Shown: piece by piece, positions 1-8,816 of the stretch
Numbering within the stretch: position 1 is the first letter of the stretch
Layout of the letters: the number at the start of each line of letters is the position of its first letter
NCBI GenBank assembly: GCA_039934035.1
Contig: JBDTMZ010000047.1
Location: 1,600-65,599, forward strand
Length of the DNA: 64,000 nucleotides
Source: Candidatus Solibacter sp.
GTDB taxonomy: Bacteria > Acidobacteriota > Terriglobia > Bryobacterales > Bryobacteraceae
Direction: 5' to 3'
The notes under the pieces: model-generated
Seen by the model: only the letters and a program-made list of their open reading frames with translations
What the model was told of the DNA's origin: nothing
The model's database searches: none
Translations under genes and position numbers: made by a program

Positions 1-366
1 GTCGTCGCTCTGAATCCCGGTGAGGACCAGGTCGGGCGATTCGCTCTGCATGGCCGCGGCGATCAGTTTCCCGGCAGCCAGCGGATCGAATGCGCCCGGA
101 TTTTCGGCTTCGATGTGCAGCGCCCGGTCGGCGCCCTTGGCGAGCGCTTCCCGAATCGTCTGCGCCGCCCGCGAGGGTCCGAGACAGACTACCACCACTT
201 CCCCGCCGTGCTTTTCCTTGAGTTGCAGCCCCGCTTCCAGGGCGTACGCATCCGGCTCGTTGATCTCGTAGGCCAAATCGTCATCCTCGATCCACTGCCC
301 CGAGGAGGCAATCCGCAACTGCGAGTCCCGGGCCGGAACTTGTTTGATCGCTACCAGAATCTTCAT
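1..366 (-). CDS. etfB: Electron transfer flavoprotein beta subunit, N-terminal part (gene continues beyond the left window edge)
   Basis: Absent from the ORF track because the window edge truncates it. My own minus-strand translation from the ATG at 366..364 gives MKILVAIKQVPARDSQLRIASSGQWIEDDDLAYEINEPDAYALEAGLQLKEKHGGEVVVVCLGPSRAAQTIREALAKGADRALHIE..., a typical ETF-beta N-terminus. Confidence 0.8.
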   Translation of the reverse strand, partial: MKILVAIKQVPARDSQLRIASSGQWIEDDDLAYEINEPDAYALEAGLQLKEKHGGEVVVVCLGPSRAAQTIREALAKGADRALHIEAENPGAFDPLAAGKLIAAAMQSESPDLVLTGIQSDD

Positions 367-449
367 AAGAATTATCGCTACCGCTCAGGACGGCAACACC
401 CCGGAGCCGGCCGCCTGGCGGCCCGACCCCGGGGTGCGGCCCCACACTG

Positions 450-1691
450 TTATTCGGCGTAACGTTTGAAAATCAGACAGCCGTTGGTTCCGCCAAAACC
501 AAAACTGTTGGAAAGCGCATGGTCGATCTTCAGCGGCCGCGCCGTATTCGGAACGTAATCCAGATCGCATTCCGGATCCGGACACTCATGGTTCACCGTG
601 GGAGGCGCCACCTGATCGCGAATTGCCAGCACCGTAATGCCTGCCTCTAACCCGCCCGCTCCGCCCAGCAGATGCCCCGTCATGCTCTTGGTGGAACTGA
701 CGGCCACTTTGTACGCATGCTCGCCGAACGCCCGTTTAATGGCCATGGTTTCGGCCCGGTCGCCCACCTCCGTCGAGGTGCCGTGCGCGTTGATGTAATC
801 GATCTGGGTGGGGACCAGCCCGGCGTCTTTCAAGGCATTGCGCATCACACGGAATGCGCCATCCCCGTCGGCCGGCGGCGCGGTCACATGGAACGCATCC
901 GCGCTCATGCCGTATCCCACCACCTCGGCGAGAATCTTTGCCCCGCGTGCCTTGGCAAACTCCAGTTCCTCGAGCACGAGAATTCCGGCGCCTTCGCCAA
1001 CCACGAAGCCGTCGCGATCCTTATCCCACGGACGGGACGCGCGCTGCGGTTCCTCATTGCGCGTGGACAGCGCCCGCATCGCCGCAAACCCGCCGATGCC
1101 CATGGGCGTAACCGCCGCCTCCGTGCCCCCGCAGATCATGGCTACCGCGTCCCCGCGTTGAATCATACGGAACGAATCGCCAATGGAATGTGCGCTTGTC
1201 GTACAGGCCGTCGCTGTCGCCGAATTCGGCCCCTTGGCGCCGCTCTTGATGGAAACGTACCCTGACGCCAGGTTGATGATGGTTGCCGGTATGAAAAACG
1301 GTGAGATGCGCCTGGGACCGTGCTCCAGCAGCGTCTGATGTTCGCGTTCGATCACTTCGAACCCGCCAATCCCGCTACCGATGTACACGCCTACTTCCTC
1401 GGCGATCTCCGGCGTCACTTTCAACCCGGAATTCTTCAGGGCGAAATCCGCCGCCGCAATGGCGAACTGGATAAACCGCCCCATCTTCTTAATTTCTTTT
1501 TTTTCGATGTAGCTCGAGGGTTCGAAATTCTTAACTTCTCCCGCAATCTTGCAGGAAAAAGCGGACGCATCGAACGCTGTAATGCCCGCGATGCCGCTCC
1601 GGGAAGCCAAAATCGCCTCCCAGGTCAGTTCCGTTCCGATCCCCAACGGTGTCAGCAAGCCAACACCGGTCACTACGACTCTTCGTGACAA
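450..1691 (-). CDS. fabF: 3-oxoacyl-ACP synthase II (KAS II)
   Basis: 413-aa ORF starting MSRRVVVTGVGLLTPLG. It has the active-site Cys context ATACTTSAHSIG and the HGTST and GHLLGGAG motifs, and lies directly downstream of acpP. Confidence 0.95.
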   Translation of the reverse strand: MSRRVVVTGVGLLTPLGIGTELTWEAILASRSGIAGITAFDASAFSCKIAGEVKNFEPSSYIEKKEIKKMGRFIQFAIAAADFALKNSGLKVTPEIAEEVGVYIGSGIGGFEVIEREHQTLLEHGPRRISPFFIPATIINLASGYVSIKSGAKGPNSATATACTTSAHSIGDSFRMIQRGDAVAMICGGTEAAVTPMGIGGFAAMRALSTRNEEPQRASRPWDKDRDGFVVGEGAGILVLEELEFAKARGAKILAEVVGYGMSADAFHVTAPPADGDGAFRVMRNALKDAGLVPTQIDYINAHGTSTEVGDRAETMAIKRAFGEHAYKVAVSSTKSMTGHLLGGAGGLEAGITVLAIRDQVAPPTVNHECPDPECDLDYVPNTARPLKIDHALSNSFGFGGTNGCLIFKRYAE

Positions 1692-1724
1692 AACTCGTTC
1701 TCCCCGGTCCGACCTTACAGATGC

Positions 1725-1964
1725 CTACTTCTTGGTCGCTTTGCCCTCAATATATTCAACCGCGTCTTTGACCGTGGTGATCTTCTCGGCATCCTCGTCC
1801 GGGATTTCCAGTTCGAAGGCTTCTTCAAAAGCCATTACGAGCTCGACGATGTCAAGCGAATCGGCGCCCAAATCGTCCACGAAGGACGCGTTGCTGTCTA
1901 CCTGGCTTTCGTCGACGCCCAGCTGCTCGACAATAATCTGCTTCACCTTTTGCTCAACTGCCAT
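1725..1964 (-). CDS. acpP: Acyl carrier protein
   Basis: 79 aa with the phosphopantetheine attachment motif [13 protein letters not shown]; acidic helical protein upstream of fabF. Confidence 0.95.
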   Translation of the reverse strand: MAVEQKVKQIIVEQLGVDESQVDSNASFVDDLGADSLDIVELVMAFEEAFELEIPDEDAEKITTVKDAVEYIEGKATKK

Positions 1965-2157
1965 GATTCCTCCTGGGATTATGTGAACGCGTTGATTTTA
2001 GCTACCTTCGGGGATTTTCCGCAAGTTCGCCTGGCGTTGTGTCCAATCCCCCATTCTGCCATATCCCCGCCGTTCGTGCTTATCCCATGGGAAAAACAGA
2101 TGGGGTGGAGACAAAGCCCCACCCCACGTGCCGGAATTCCGAATTGGAGGATGCCCG

Positions 2158-2823
2158 TTATTGCGCGCCGACCGCGCAGTACGCTTCCAGAACGGCGCGC
2201 TCCACCGCCTGCGCCACTGCGTCCACCGGACGCGTGCCATCCACGCTGCGTACCACCTTCGGACCGAACCACTTCAAAATCGGCCCGGTCAGTTCGTCAT
2301 ACGCGCGAAGACGGCGCCGCACGGTCTCTTCTTTATCGTCTTCGCGGGTCATCAGGTCCGCACCGTCGGCATCGCAGATTCCGGCCACTTTCGGCGGCGC
2401 CAGAATCGCATTGTAGATGTGCGAGCACTTCGGACACTGCCGCCGCGCCGTCAGGCGCATCACCAGCGCTTCGTCCGGCACGTCGAGGTGAATCACCAGC
2501 GGTTCCGGCAAGCCGCGCTTCTTCACGACCGCCGAAAACTGAATCGCCTGCGGCACCGTCCGCGGATAGCCGTCCAGCAGGAAACCCTCTCTGCAATCGG
2601 GGCGCGAAATGCGGCTCGCCACGATATCGTTTACGAGTTCGTCGCTGACCAGCCCGCCACTTTGCAGAATGGAGCAAGCAGCCTTGCCCAGTTCCGTTCC
2701 GGCTTTGCACTCGGCGCGAAACATCTCTCCCGTGGAAATCGCGGGGATTTGAAATCGCTCCGCTAAATAAACAGCCTGCGTGCCTTTGCCGCAACCCGGC
2801 GGGCCAAACAACAGTAAGATCAC
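2158..2823 (-). CDS. adk: Adenylate kinase (zinc-lid type)
   Basis: 221 aa with P-loop GPPGCGKGTQ and LID segment CPKC...CDAD. GTG start preceded by AGGGAGG. Confidence 0.95.
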   Translation of the reverse strand: MILLLFGPPGCGKGTQAVYLAERFQIPAISTGEMFRAECKAGTELGKAACSILQSGGLVSDELVNDIVASRISRPDCREGFLLDGYPRTVPQAIQFSAVVKKRGLPEPLVIHLDVPDEALVMRLTARRQCPKCSHIYNAILAPPKVAGICDADGADLMTREDDKEETVRRRLRAYDELTGPILKWFGPKVVRSVDGTRPVDAVAQAVERAVLEAYCAVGAQ

Positions 2824-3030
2824 AACTGCCTCCCTGTGACTCGCTCCTTGTCCGGCGAAGGTATGGATTAGGACTGCTTTAAAGATAACCAGACCTGCGA
2901 ATCTTAAACCAGCCTACCCACTGGCGCCGCCAACGTCAATGGGGGGGAATGATGGGGGGGGCAGCGAGGGGGGTGCCTTGCGGCCTCTCGAGTTATATAC
3001 TTTCCACCAGGAATTCTTAGGAGGGAAGCA

Positions 3031-5238
3031 ATGTCATTTGCCAGGATCCCTTGGTGCGCCGCCGCAGCTGCAGGCGCCGCGCTCTACCTTTCGGCCCAGA
3101 CTGGCCCGTCCGTTAAAGTGGGCCCCCGCGATATCGGAGGCGTCGTCTCCAGCAGCAAGGGTCCCGAAGCCGGCGTCTGGGTGATCGCCGAAACCACCGG
3201 CCTGCCCACGCGCTACATCAAAGAAGTCGTGACCGATGACCGCGGCCGGTACCTTATTCCCGCCCTGCCCGAGGCCACCTACCGGGTTTTCGCGCGCGGC
3301 TACGGCCTGGTCGATTCCCCCACGGTCGAGGCCCGGCCTGGGCAGCAGATCGACCTCAAGCCCACCCCGGCGCCGGACCCGAAAACCGCCGCCAAGCTCT
3401 ACCCCGCCAATTATTGGTACGCGCTGTTGAAGATTCCCGAAAAGAGCGAATTTCCCGGCACCGGCCCCGCGGGCAACGGCATCTCGCCCAACGTCAAAAC
3501 CCAGGGGCAGTGGCTGCATCTGGTGAAGACCGACAGTTGCGAATCCTGCCACCAGATGGGCAACGAGTATACGCGCACCATCCCCCCGCTCTTCCGGAAT
3601 ATGGATTCTCCCGCGCAGGCGTGGTTCCGCCGGATACAGTCGGGACAGGCGGGCAATTCCATGACGGGAGGGCTGGGACAACTGGGCCGCGAGCGCGCCA
3701 CCTCCGAGTTCGGCGATTGGACCACCCGCATCGAAAAAGGCGAACTGCCGTTCGACGCCCCGCCTCGTCCGCAAGGGATCGAGCGCAATATCGTGATCAC
3801 CCAGTGGGACTGGGCCACGCCGAAGGAATACCTGCACGACGAAATCGCCACCGACAAGCGGAATCCGAGCGTCAATGCGAAAGGCCCGCTTTACGGCTCT
3901 CCCGAGGAGAGCAGCGACATGCTGCCCGTGCTCGATCCCGTAAGCCATACCGCGAGCCACGTGAAAGTGCCCTATCGCGATCCCAATACGGCGGGACAGC
4001 CGAAGCCGCTGCAACCCTCAACGTTCTGGGGCAGTGAAGCCATCTGGGACAGCCACACCACGGTGCACAATCCGATGCTCGATGAGCGCGGCAGGGTGTG
4101 GTACACGGGGCGTATCCGGCCGGCGGAGAATCCCGCCTACTGCAAGGCCGGGTCCGATCATCCTTCGGCGAAAGCTACGCCGTTGCAACGTTCCGGCCGG
4201 CAGCTCGGCGTTTACGATCCCGCCACCAAGCAGTCCGCCATGATCGATACCTGTTTCGGCACCCATCACCTGGTGTTCGCCAGCGACGCGAACAATACCC
4301 TGTGGACCAGCAGCGGCGGGGGCGGTGGCGTGGTGGGCTGGTTGAACACCAGGCTTTGGGATCAGACTCACGACGAGACGAAGTCGCAGGGCTGGACGGC
4401 GCTGGTGCTCGACACCAACGGCAACGGCAAACGCGACCCGTATCTCGATTCCGAGCAGAAGGTGTTGACCGCGCCCAGCGGCGAGAGCCTCGGCACGTCG
4501 AATGCCCTCGACGGACCCATCGATCCCTCGCGCGATACGCGGCTCAATGCGGCTTTTTATGGGGTTGCGGTGGGCGCGGACGGAGCGGTATGGGGCAGCG
4601 TGTTAGGCTACCCCGGCGGTATCGTTCGCCTGAACCCCGGCGCGAATCCGCCGGAAACCGCGCTCGCCGAGTATTACGAGGTGCCCTGGAACAACCCAAA
4701 GGCGAGCGTCTCCGGGTATTCGCCGCGGGGCATGGATATCGACCGCAATAATGTGGTCTGGGTGGCGCTGGCCAGCGGCCATCTGGCCAGTTTCGACCGG
4801 CGCAAGTGCAAGGGCAAACTCAACGGTCCACAGGCGACCGGCCAGCACTGTCCCGAAGGCTGGACCCTCACTCCGACCCCGGGCCCGAATTTCAAGAACA
4901 TCAAGGATTCAGGCAGCGTCGATTCGCACTATTACGTGTGGGTGGATCAGTTCGACACGTTTGGGCTGGGGAAGAATACTCCGATCATTACCGGCAACTC
5001 GTCCGATTCGCTGATTGCGCTGGTCAACGGGAAGTGGGTAATCCTGCGCGTGCCGTACCCTCTGGGCTTCTTCGCCAAGGGAATGGACGGCCGTTTTGAC
5101 GACCCGAAAGCCGGTTGGAAGGGGAAGGGCCTGTGGACCACGTGGGGAACCCGGACCCCGTTCCACAGCGAAACCGGCGCCGGCACCACCAGCAAAGTAG
5201 TGCAATTCCAATTGCGGCAGAGTCCGCTGGAAAACTGA
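3031..5238 (+). CDS. Secreted protein of unknown function with an N-terminal carboxypeptidase-regulatory-like domain, one CxxCH heme-c motif and a beta-propeller-like C-terminal part
   Basis: 735 aa. GGAGGG Shine-Dalgarno 8 nt upstream and a signal-peptide-like N-terminus. GVWVIAETTGLPTRY...TDDRGRYLIPALPEATYRVFA resembles the CarboxypepD_reg fold. CESCH is the only CxxCH motif. GC3-rich codon usage throughout. Confidence 0.8.
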   Translation: MSFARIPWCAAAAAGAALYLSAQTGPSVKVGPRDIGGVVSSSKGPEAGVWVIAETTGLPTRYIKEVVTDDRGRYLIPALPEATYRVFARGYGLVDSPTVEARPGQQIDLKPTPAPDPKTAAKLYPANYWYALLKIPEKSEFPGTGPAGNGISPNVKTQGQWLHLVKTDSCESCHQMGNEYTRTIPPLFRNMDSPAQAWFRRIQSGQAGNSMTGGLGQLGRERATSEFGDWTTRIEKGELPFDAPPRPQGIERNIVITQWDWATPKEYLHDEIATDKRNPSVNAKGPLYGSPEESSDMLPVLDPVSHTASHVKVPYRDPNTAGQPKPLQPSTFWGSEAIWDSHTTVHNPMLDERGRVWYTGRIRPAENPAYCKAGSDHPSAKATPLQRSGRQLGVYDPATKQSAMIDTCFGTHHLVFASDANNTLWTSSGGGGGVVGWLNTRLWDQTHDETKSQGWTALVLDTNGNGKRDPYLDSEQKVLTAPSGESLGTSNALDGPIDPSRDTRLNAAFYGVAVGADGAVWGSVLGYPGGIVRLNPGANPPETALAEYYEVPWNNPKASVSGYSPRGMDIDRNNVVWVALASGHLASFDRRKCKGKLNGPQATGQHCPEGWTLTPTPGPNFKNIKDSGSVDSHYYVWVDQFDTFGLGKNTPIITGNSSDSLIALVNGKWVILRVPYPLGFFAKGMDGRFDDPKAGWKGKGLWTTWGTRTPFHSETGAGTTSKVVQFQLRQSPLEN

Positions 5239-5246
5239 GGAAAATG

Positions 5247-5307
5247 GGCTGCGGATAAACGCCGATGAACGCCGATCGTTGTGAATCGGCTCAACCACAC
5301 CGCAGCC
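5247..5307. terminator. Nested stem-loop in the spacer between convergent genes (possible bidirectional terminator)
   Basis: GGCTGCGG (5247-5254) pairs with CCGCAGCC (5300-5307). The inner hairpin is GCCGAT-CGTTGTGA-ATCGGC. The direct repeat AACGCCGAT occurs twice (5258-5266 and 5268-5276). There is no U-tract. Confidence 0.35.
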
Positions 5308-5314
5308 TGCCGCC

Positions 5315-6427
5315 TCACTCCACAATGCGCCCGTCCGAGCGCAGCTTCAATTTCTTGTCGCGCCACTGCACGGTATCGCCGAAGAGGCCCGCCACCCAAA
5401 TCGCGAAGCCGAACAAGTCGCGCAGCGGAATCATCCAGAAATCGGTGCGCACCTTGCGATCGCCCAGGATGCCCGCGCCAATCCACACGCCTGCCAGCAT
5501 GCGCACGCCCAGCGCCAGCGTCCCTGCCGCCCATTGCTGCCCCGCCAATGCCACCAGACCCCATAGTGTGGCGTGCGTGACCACATAGCCGTAGTAGCCC
5601 GCTGCGCGCGACACGCGGATGGTGCGCGACCAGCGCAACTGGTGGCGCCACGTACCGCCCCAGGTCGCGCAGCCCAGGTTGGTTTCCACGACCACCGGCG
5701 CGAACACGATCCGCTTCCCCAAACGCGCAATGTGATTGCCCAACTGATAGTCGTCCGCAAGATAAGGGGCAATCGCTCCGAAGCCGCCGATCTGCTGCAA
5801 AGTTTCCGCGCGGAAAACCATGGTGGACCCGAGCGCGAACTCCGCCACCCCCAGCAGGCGCGCCACCAGCACGCTGGGCGCGAACTCCGTGGCGATGCCC
5901 AGCGCTTCGGCCCGCGAGGCCCAGGATTCGGCGCCCGCGCGATAGAGGCACGTCACCATGCCGACCGCGGGGTCCGCCAGCGGCGCCGTCACGGCCTGCA
6001 GATACCCGGGCTCGACGATAATGTCGCTATCGTTCACCAGCAGCACCGGATATTGGGCGCGCCGCGCCAGTTCGGCCAGCACGCCGACCTTGGCGTTCGG
6101 CGCCGCCGTCCGCACCACGGCCACTGCGATGTGCAATTGCGGAAATTCGCGTCTCAGGCGCTCGATATCGGCCAGCGCCGGATCGTCGGGCGCGCCCACC
6201 CCGAACAGGATTTCGAACTCGGGATAGGCTTGCTTCGCGTGCGACAGAATGGCTTCATAGAATCGCGGATCGCGCCCGTGTATCGGTTTGAGGATGGAGA
6301 CGGGCGGTTGGGACGGTCCGCCGGGCGGGCCGCTCTCGCGACCGGGAAAGCGCCAGCGCGCCGCCGCCACCAGCGCAAGGCAATAGTAAGCCGTTGCCGC
6401 AAGCGCCGGAATCGCCAGCCAGATCAC
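5315..6427 (-). CDS. hpnI: Hopanoid-associated glycosyltransferase HpnI-like (GT2/GT21, ceramide-glucosyltransferase-like)
   Basis: Trimmed from track ORF 5315..6832. The first 135 codons of that ORF overlap the upstream EamA gene out of frame. The GTG at 6427 forms a GTGA start/stop overlap with that gene. Motifs PVSILKPIHGRD, LVNDSDIIV and HQLRWSRT (QxxRW). Neighbour of hpnJ. Confidence 0.75.
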   Translation of the reverse strand: MIWLAIPALAATAYYCLALVAAARWRFPGRESGPPGGPSQPPVSILKPIHGRDPRFYEAILSHAKQAYPEFEILFGVGAPDDPALADIERLRREFPQLHIAVAVVRTAAPNAKVGVLAELARRAQYPVLLVNDSDIIVEPGYLQAVTAPLADPAVGMVTCLYRAGAESWASRAEALGIATEFAPSVLVARLLGVAEFALGSTMVFRAETLQQIGGFGAIAPYLADDYQLGNHIARLGKRIVFAPVVVETNLGCATWGGTWRHQLRWSRTIRVSRAAGYYGYVVTHATLWGLVALAGQQWAAGTLALGVRMLAGVWIGAGILGDRKVRTDFWMIPLRDLFGFAIWVAGLFGDTVQWRDKKLKLRSDGRIVE

Positions 6428-6789
6428 AGGGATACCAACACAACTCCGCCAATCACCAGCGCCGCGCCCGCCCAGCGCACGCCAGTGACGCGTTCTTTCA
6501 AAAGGTACTTGGCCAGCACCGTCTCCATCACGTACGTGATGGCCGAGACCGGCACCGCGAAGCTCAGCTCGGTCATCGAGAGCAGCTTCATGAAGGCGAA
6601 GAAACTGACGGCCATCGAAATCACGCCGCCGATCAGGAAACGATTGCGCGCCATCACGGCCAGCGCGCGCCCGATTGCCGTGGGATGAAAATCGTGGATC
6701 TCCCCGTGATGCCTCATGCCGGCGGCCTGGAGTACTTCTCCCGCCGTCGTGGCGGCCACGATCAAGGCGACCAGCAGCCACTTGATCAT
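6424..6789 (-). CDS. Small 4-TM EamA/DMT-type membrane protein (single EamA domain)
   Basis: 121 aa with four hydrophobic segments and a C-terminal WAGAALVIGGVVLVSL typical of EamA/SMR-like half transporters. Translationally coupled to hpnI. Confidence 0.7.
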   Translation of the reverse strand: MIKWLLVALIVAATTAGEVLQAAGMRHHGEIHDFHPTAIGRALAVMARNRFLIGGVISMAVSFFAFMKLLSMTELSFAVPVSAITYVMETVLAKYLLKERVTGVRWAGAALVIGGVVLVSL

Positions 6790-6851
6790 CGCGCGCCTCC
6801 TGTTTCGCCGCCATCTTCAGGCAGACGGGCAAGCACGCCCAATGGCGAGGC

Positions 6852-6876
6852 GGACAGGCCGGGAGGCCTGTCCCAC
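6852..6876 (-). repeat. REP-like hairpin, family B (GTGGGACAGGCC-TCCC-GGCCTGTCC on the minus strand)
   Basis: Perfect 9-bp stem GGACAGGCC/GGCCTGTCC with a 4-nt loop. 23 of 25 nt are identical to the copy at 46601-46625. Lies in the 97-nt spacer between the two EamA genes. Confidence 0.8.
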
Positions 6877-6886
6877 ATACCCTTCA

Positions 6887-7312
6887 TCATCGCGCGCCCC
6901 CTACGGCGCGGGAATCGCGCTCCACGGTGGAAGGATTGCCGGCGCTGACCAGGGCGACGCCGGCCATGATCAACACGATGCCCGCCCAGCGGCGCGTGGT
7001 GATCGCCTCATTGAGCAGAAACTTGCCGATTAGCGCCACTACGACGTAGCCCACGCTGGTTACCGGCACCACGTAGCTCAGGTCTGCCCAACTCAACAGC
7101 GCCATGCGCGAGAGCTGCCACAAGACCAGCAGGACGACCCCCAGGGCGACCCACGGCTGAAAGATCGCGGCCACATAATCCAACGGAGCGGACAATTGGA
7201 CGGAAGCCGGCAGCCCACGCTTCACAAAGAAATCGCCGAAAGCGTTGGACAGCACCACCACCACGACGCAGACCCAGGTCTTGAGGCGCAGGCGTGCGGT
7301 ATCGGGCGTCAT
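6887..7312 (-). CDS. Small 4-TM EamA/DMT-type membrane protein (single EamA domain), paralogous partner of 6424..6789
   Basis: 141 aa with four hydrophobic segments. LSYVVPVTSVGYVVVALIGKFLLNE...RWAGIVLIMAGVALVS aligns with LSFAVPVSAITYVMETVLAKYLLKE...RWAGAALVIGGVVLVS of the neighbour. Confidence 0.7.
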   Translation of the reverse strand: MTPDTARLRLKTWVCVVVVVLSNAFGDFFVKRGLPASVQLSAPLDYVAAIFQPWVALGVVLLVLWQLSRMALLSWADLSYVVPVTSVGYVVVALIGKFLLNEAITTRRWAGIVLIMAGVALVSAGNPSTVERDSRAVGGAR

Positions 7313-7322
7313 TCGCGCCGCG

Positions 7323-8789
7323 CTAGTCTCCGGAATTGGCGGTGACCGGCGTGTGCTTGGCAGCCTTCTGCTCGGCCACGAACTTCTTGCGCTTACTGCG
7401 TAGCGCCATATATTCGCGCGCTTCCTTGGTCAGCCGCTTGCGTTCGGTAGTATCGAAAATCGCCTGACGCACAATGCGCCAGATCACCCGTGGACGGAAG
7501 AAGTATTCGCCGTAGAAGCGCTCCACCCAGTCCACCAGTTCGCCGCGGTCCAGACCCGGGTAGACCACGTTGGGCAGTTGATGCCCCGTCTCGTCGGTCA
7601 TGGCATCGATGGTGATCAGCCCGTTCTTTTTGGCGTAATCGTAGAACTCGGTGCCGGGATAGGGGTGCGCGATCGAAACCTGAATGGTATCGGTGTCCAG
7701 GCGTTTGGCGAAATCGATGGTGCGCCGAATGCTGTCCTTGTTTTCGCCGGGAAGCCCGATGATGAAATCGCCGTGAATCTTGAGGCCGAGCTTCTTGCAG
7801 TTGTCGGTGAAACGCAGCGCCATATCCACCGTGGCGCCCTTCTTGATGTTCTTGAGAATCTGCGGGTCGCCCGATTCGTAGCCCACGATGAGCAGCCGCG
7901 CACCGGCTTCCTTCATGGCCTTCAGCGTGTCGTAATCGGTGGTGACGCGCGAGGTGCAGCTCCACGTAAAGTTCAGCGGCTTAAGCTTTTTGCACAGCTC
8001 GATGGTGCGTTCCTTGCGGTAGTTGAAGGTATCGTCGTCAAAGAAGATTTCCTTCATCTGCGGGAATGCGTCCAGCGCATAGCGGACTTCGTTGGCCACA
8101 TCGTCACTGGAGCGAAGGCGCCAGCGATGGCCGGAGTGCGTCTGCGGCCACAGGCAGAAGGTGCACAGCGCCGGACAGCCGCGCGACGTATAGAGAGAGA
8201 CGAAGGGATTGAGCAGGAACGGAACGTTGTAGCGCGTGATGTCGAGATCGCGCTTGTAGACTTTAGTCACCCAGGGCAGCGCATCGAGATCTTCGATGGC
8301 AGGCCCTTCCGGGTTGTTCACGACGCGGCCGTCTTTGCGGTAACTCACGCCGGGCAGTTCCTCGAGCGGCTTGCCTTTGGCGTAATCGACAATCTGGTGG
8401 TCGAACTCGCGACGCACCACGAAATCGATCGCCTTGGTGCCGAGCAGCGTCTTGTCCGGTTCCGTGGTGACGGGAGGTCCAACGAAAGCCACCTTCAGCT
8501 TGGGGTTGGAATCTTTCATCATCGCCGCCATCTTGGCGTCCACATGGAAGCCAGGGGTGGAGGTGTACAGCACCAGCAGTTCGAAGTCCTTGGCCATCTC
8601 CACGGTCTGTTCGATCGAGACCTTGTGCGGTGGAGCATCCAGCACTTTGCTGTCCGGGAGCATACCCGCCGGATAACAAAGCCAAACCGGATACCAGTAC
8701 GACTCGATTTCGCGCGAAGCCGGCCAGCGCGAACTGGCACCGCCGTCGAAACCTTCAAAAGACGGCGGATTCAAAAACAGTGTTCTCAT
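7323..8789 (-). CDS. hpnJ: Hopanoid biosynthesis-associated B12-binding radical SAM protein HpnJ
   Basis: 488 aa. The N-terminus MRTLFLNPPSFEGFDGGASSRW...YWYPVWL matches the HpnJ family as I remember it. Radical SAM cluster motif CPALCTFC. Confidence 0.85.
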   Translation of the reverse strand: MRTLFLNPPSFEGFDGGASSRWPASREIESYWYPVWLCYPAGMLPDSKVLDAPPHKVSIEQTVEMAKDFELLVLYTSTPGFHVDAKMAAMMKDSNPKLKVAFVGPPVTTEPDKTLLGTKAIDFVVRREFDHQIVDYAKGKPLEELPGVSYRKDGRVVNNPEGPAIEDLDALPWVTKVYKRDLDITRYNVPFLLNPFVSLYTSRGCPALCTFCLWPQTHSGHRWRLRSSDDVANEVRYALDAFPQMKEIFFDDDTFNYRKERTIELCKKLKPLNFTWSCTSRVTTDYDTLKAMKEAGARLLIVGYESGDPQILKNIKKGATVDMALRFTDNCKKLGLKIHGDFIIGLPGENKDSIRRTIDFAKRLDTDTIQVSIAHPYPGTEFYDYAKKNGLITIDAMTDETGHQLPNVVYPGLDRGELVDWVERFYGEYFFRPRVIWRIVRQAIFDTTERKRLTKEAREYMALRSKRKKFVAEQKAAKHTPVTANSGD

Positions 8790-8816
8790 GCAATCTCCCG
8801 TGGAACGGCGGTCGAT

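Noticed and set aside
2939-3184. 81-aa ORF starting MGGNDGGGSEGG
   Set aside because: The start lies in the G-tract cluster, and the ORF overlaps the 5' end of the well-supported 735-aa gene out of frame.
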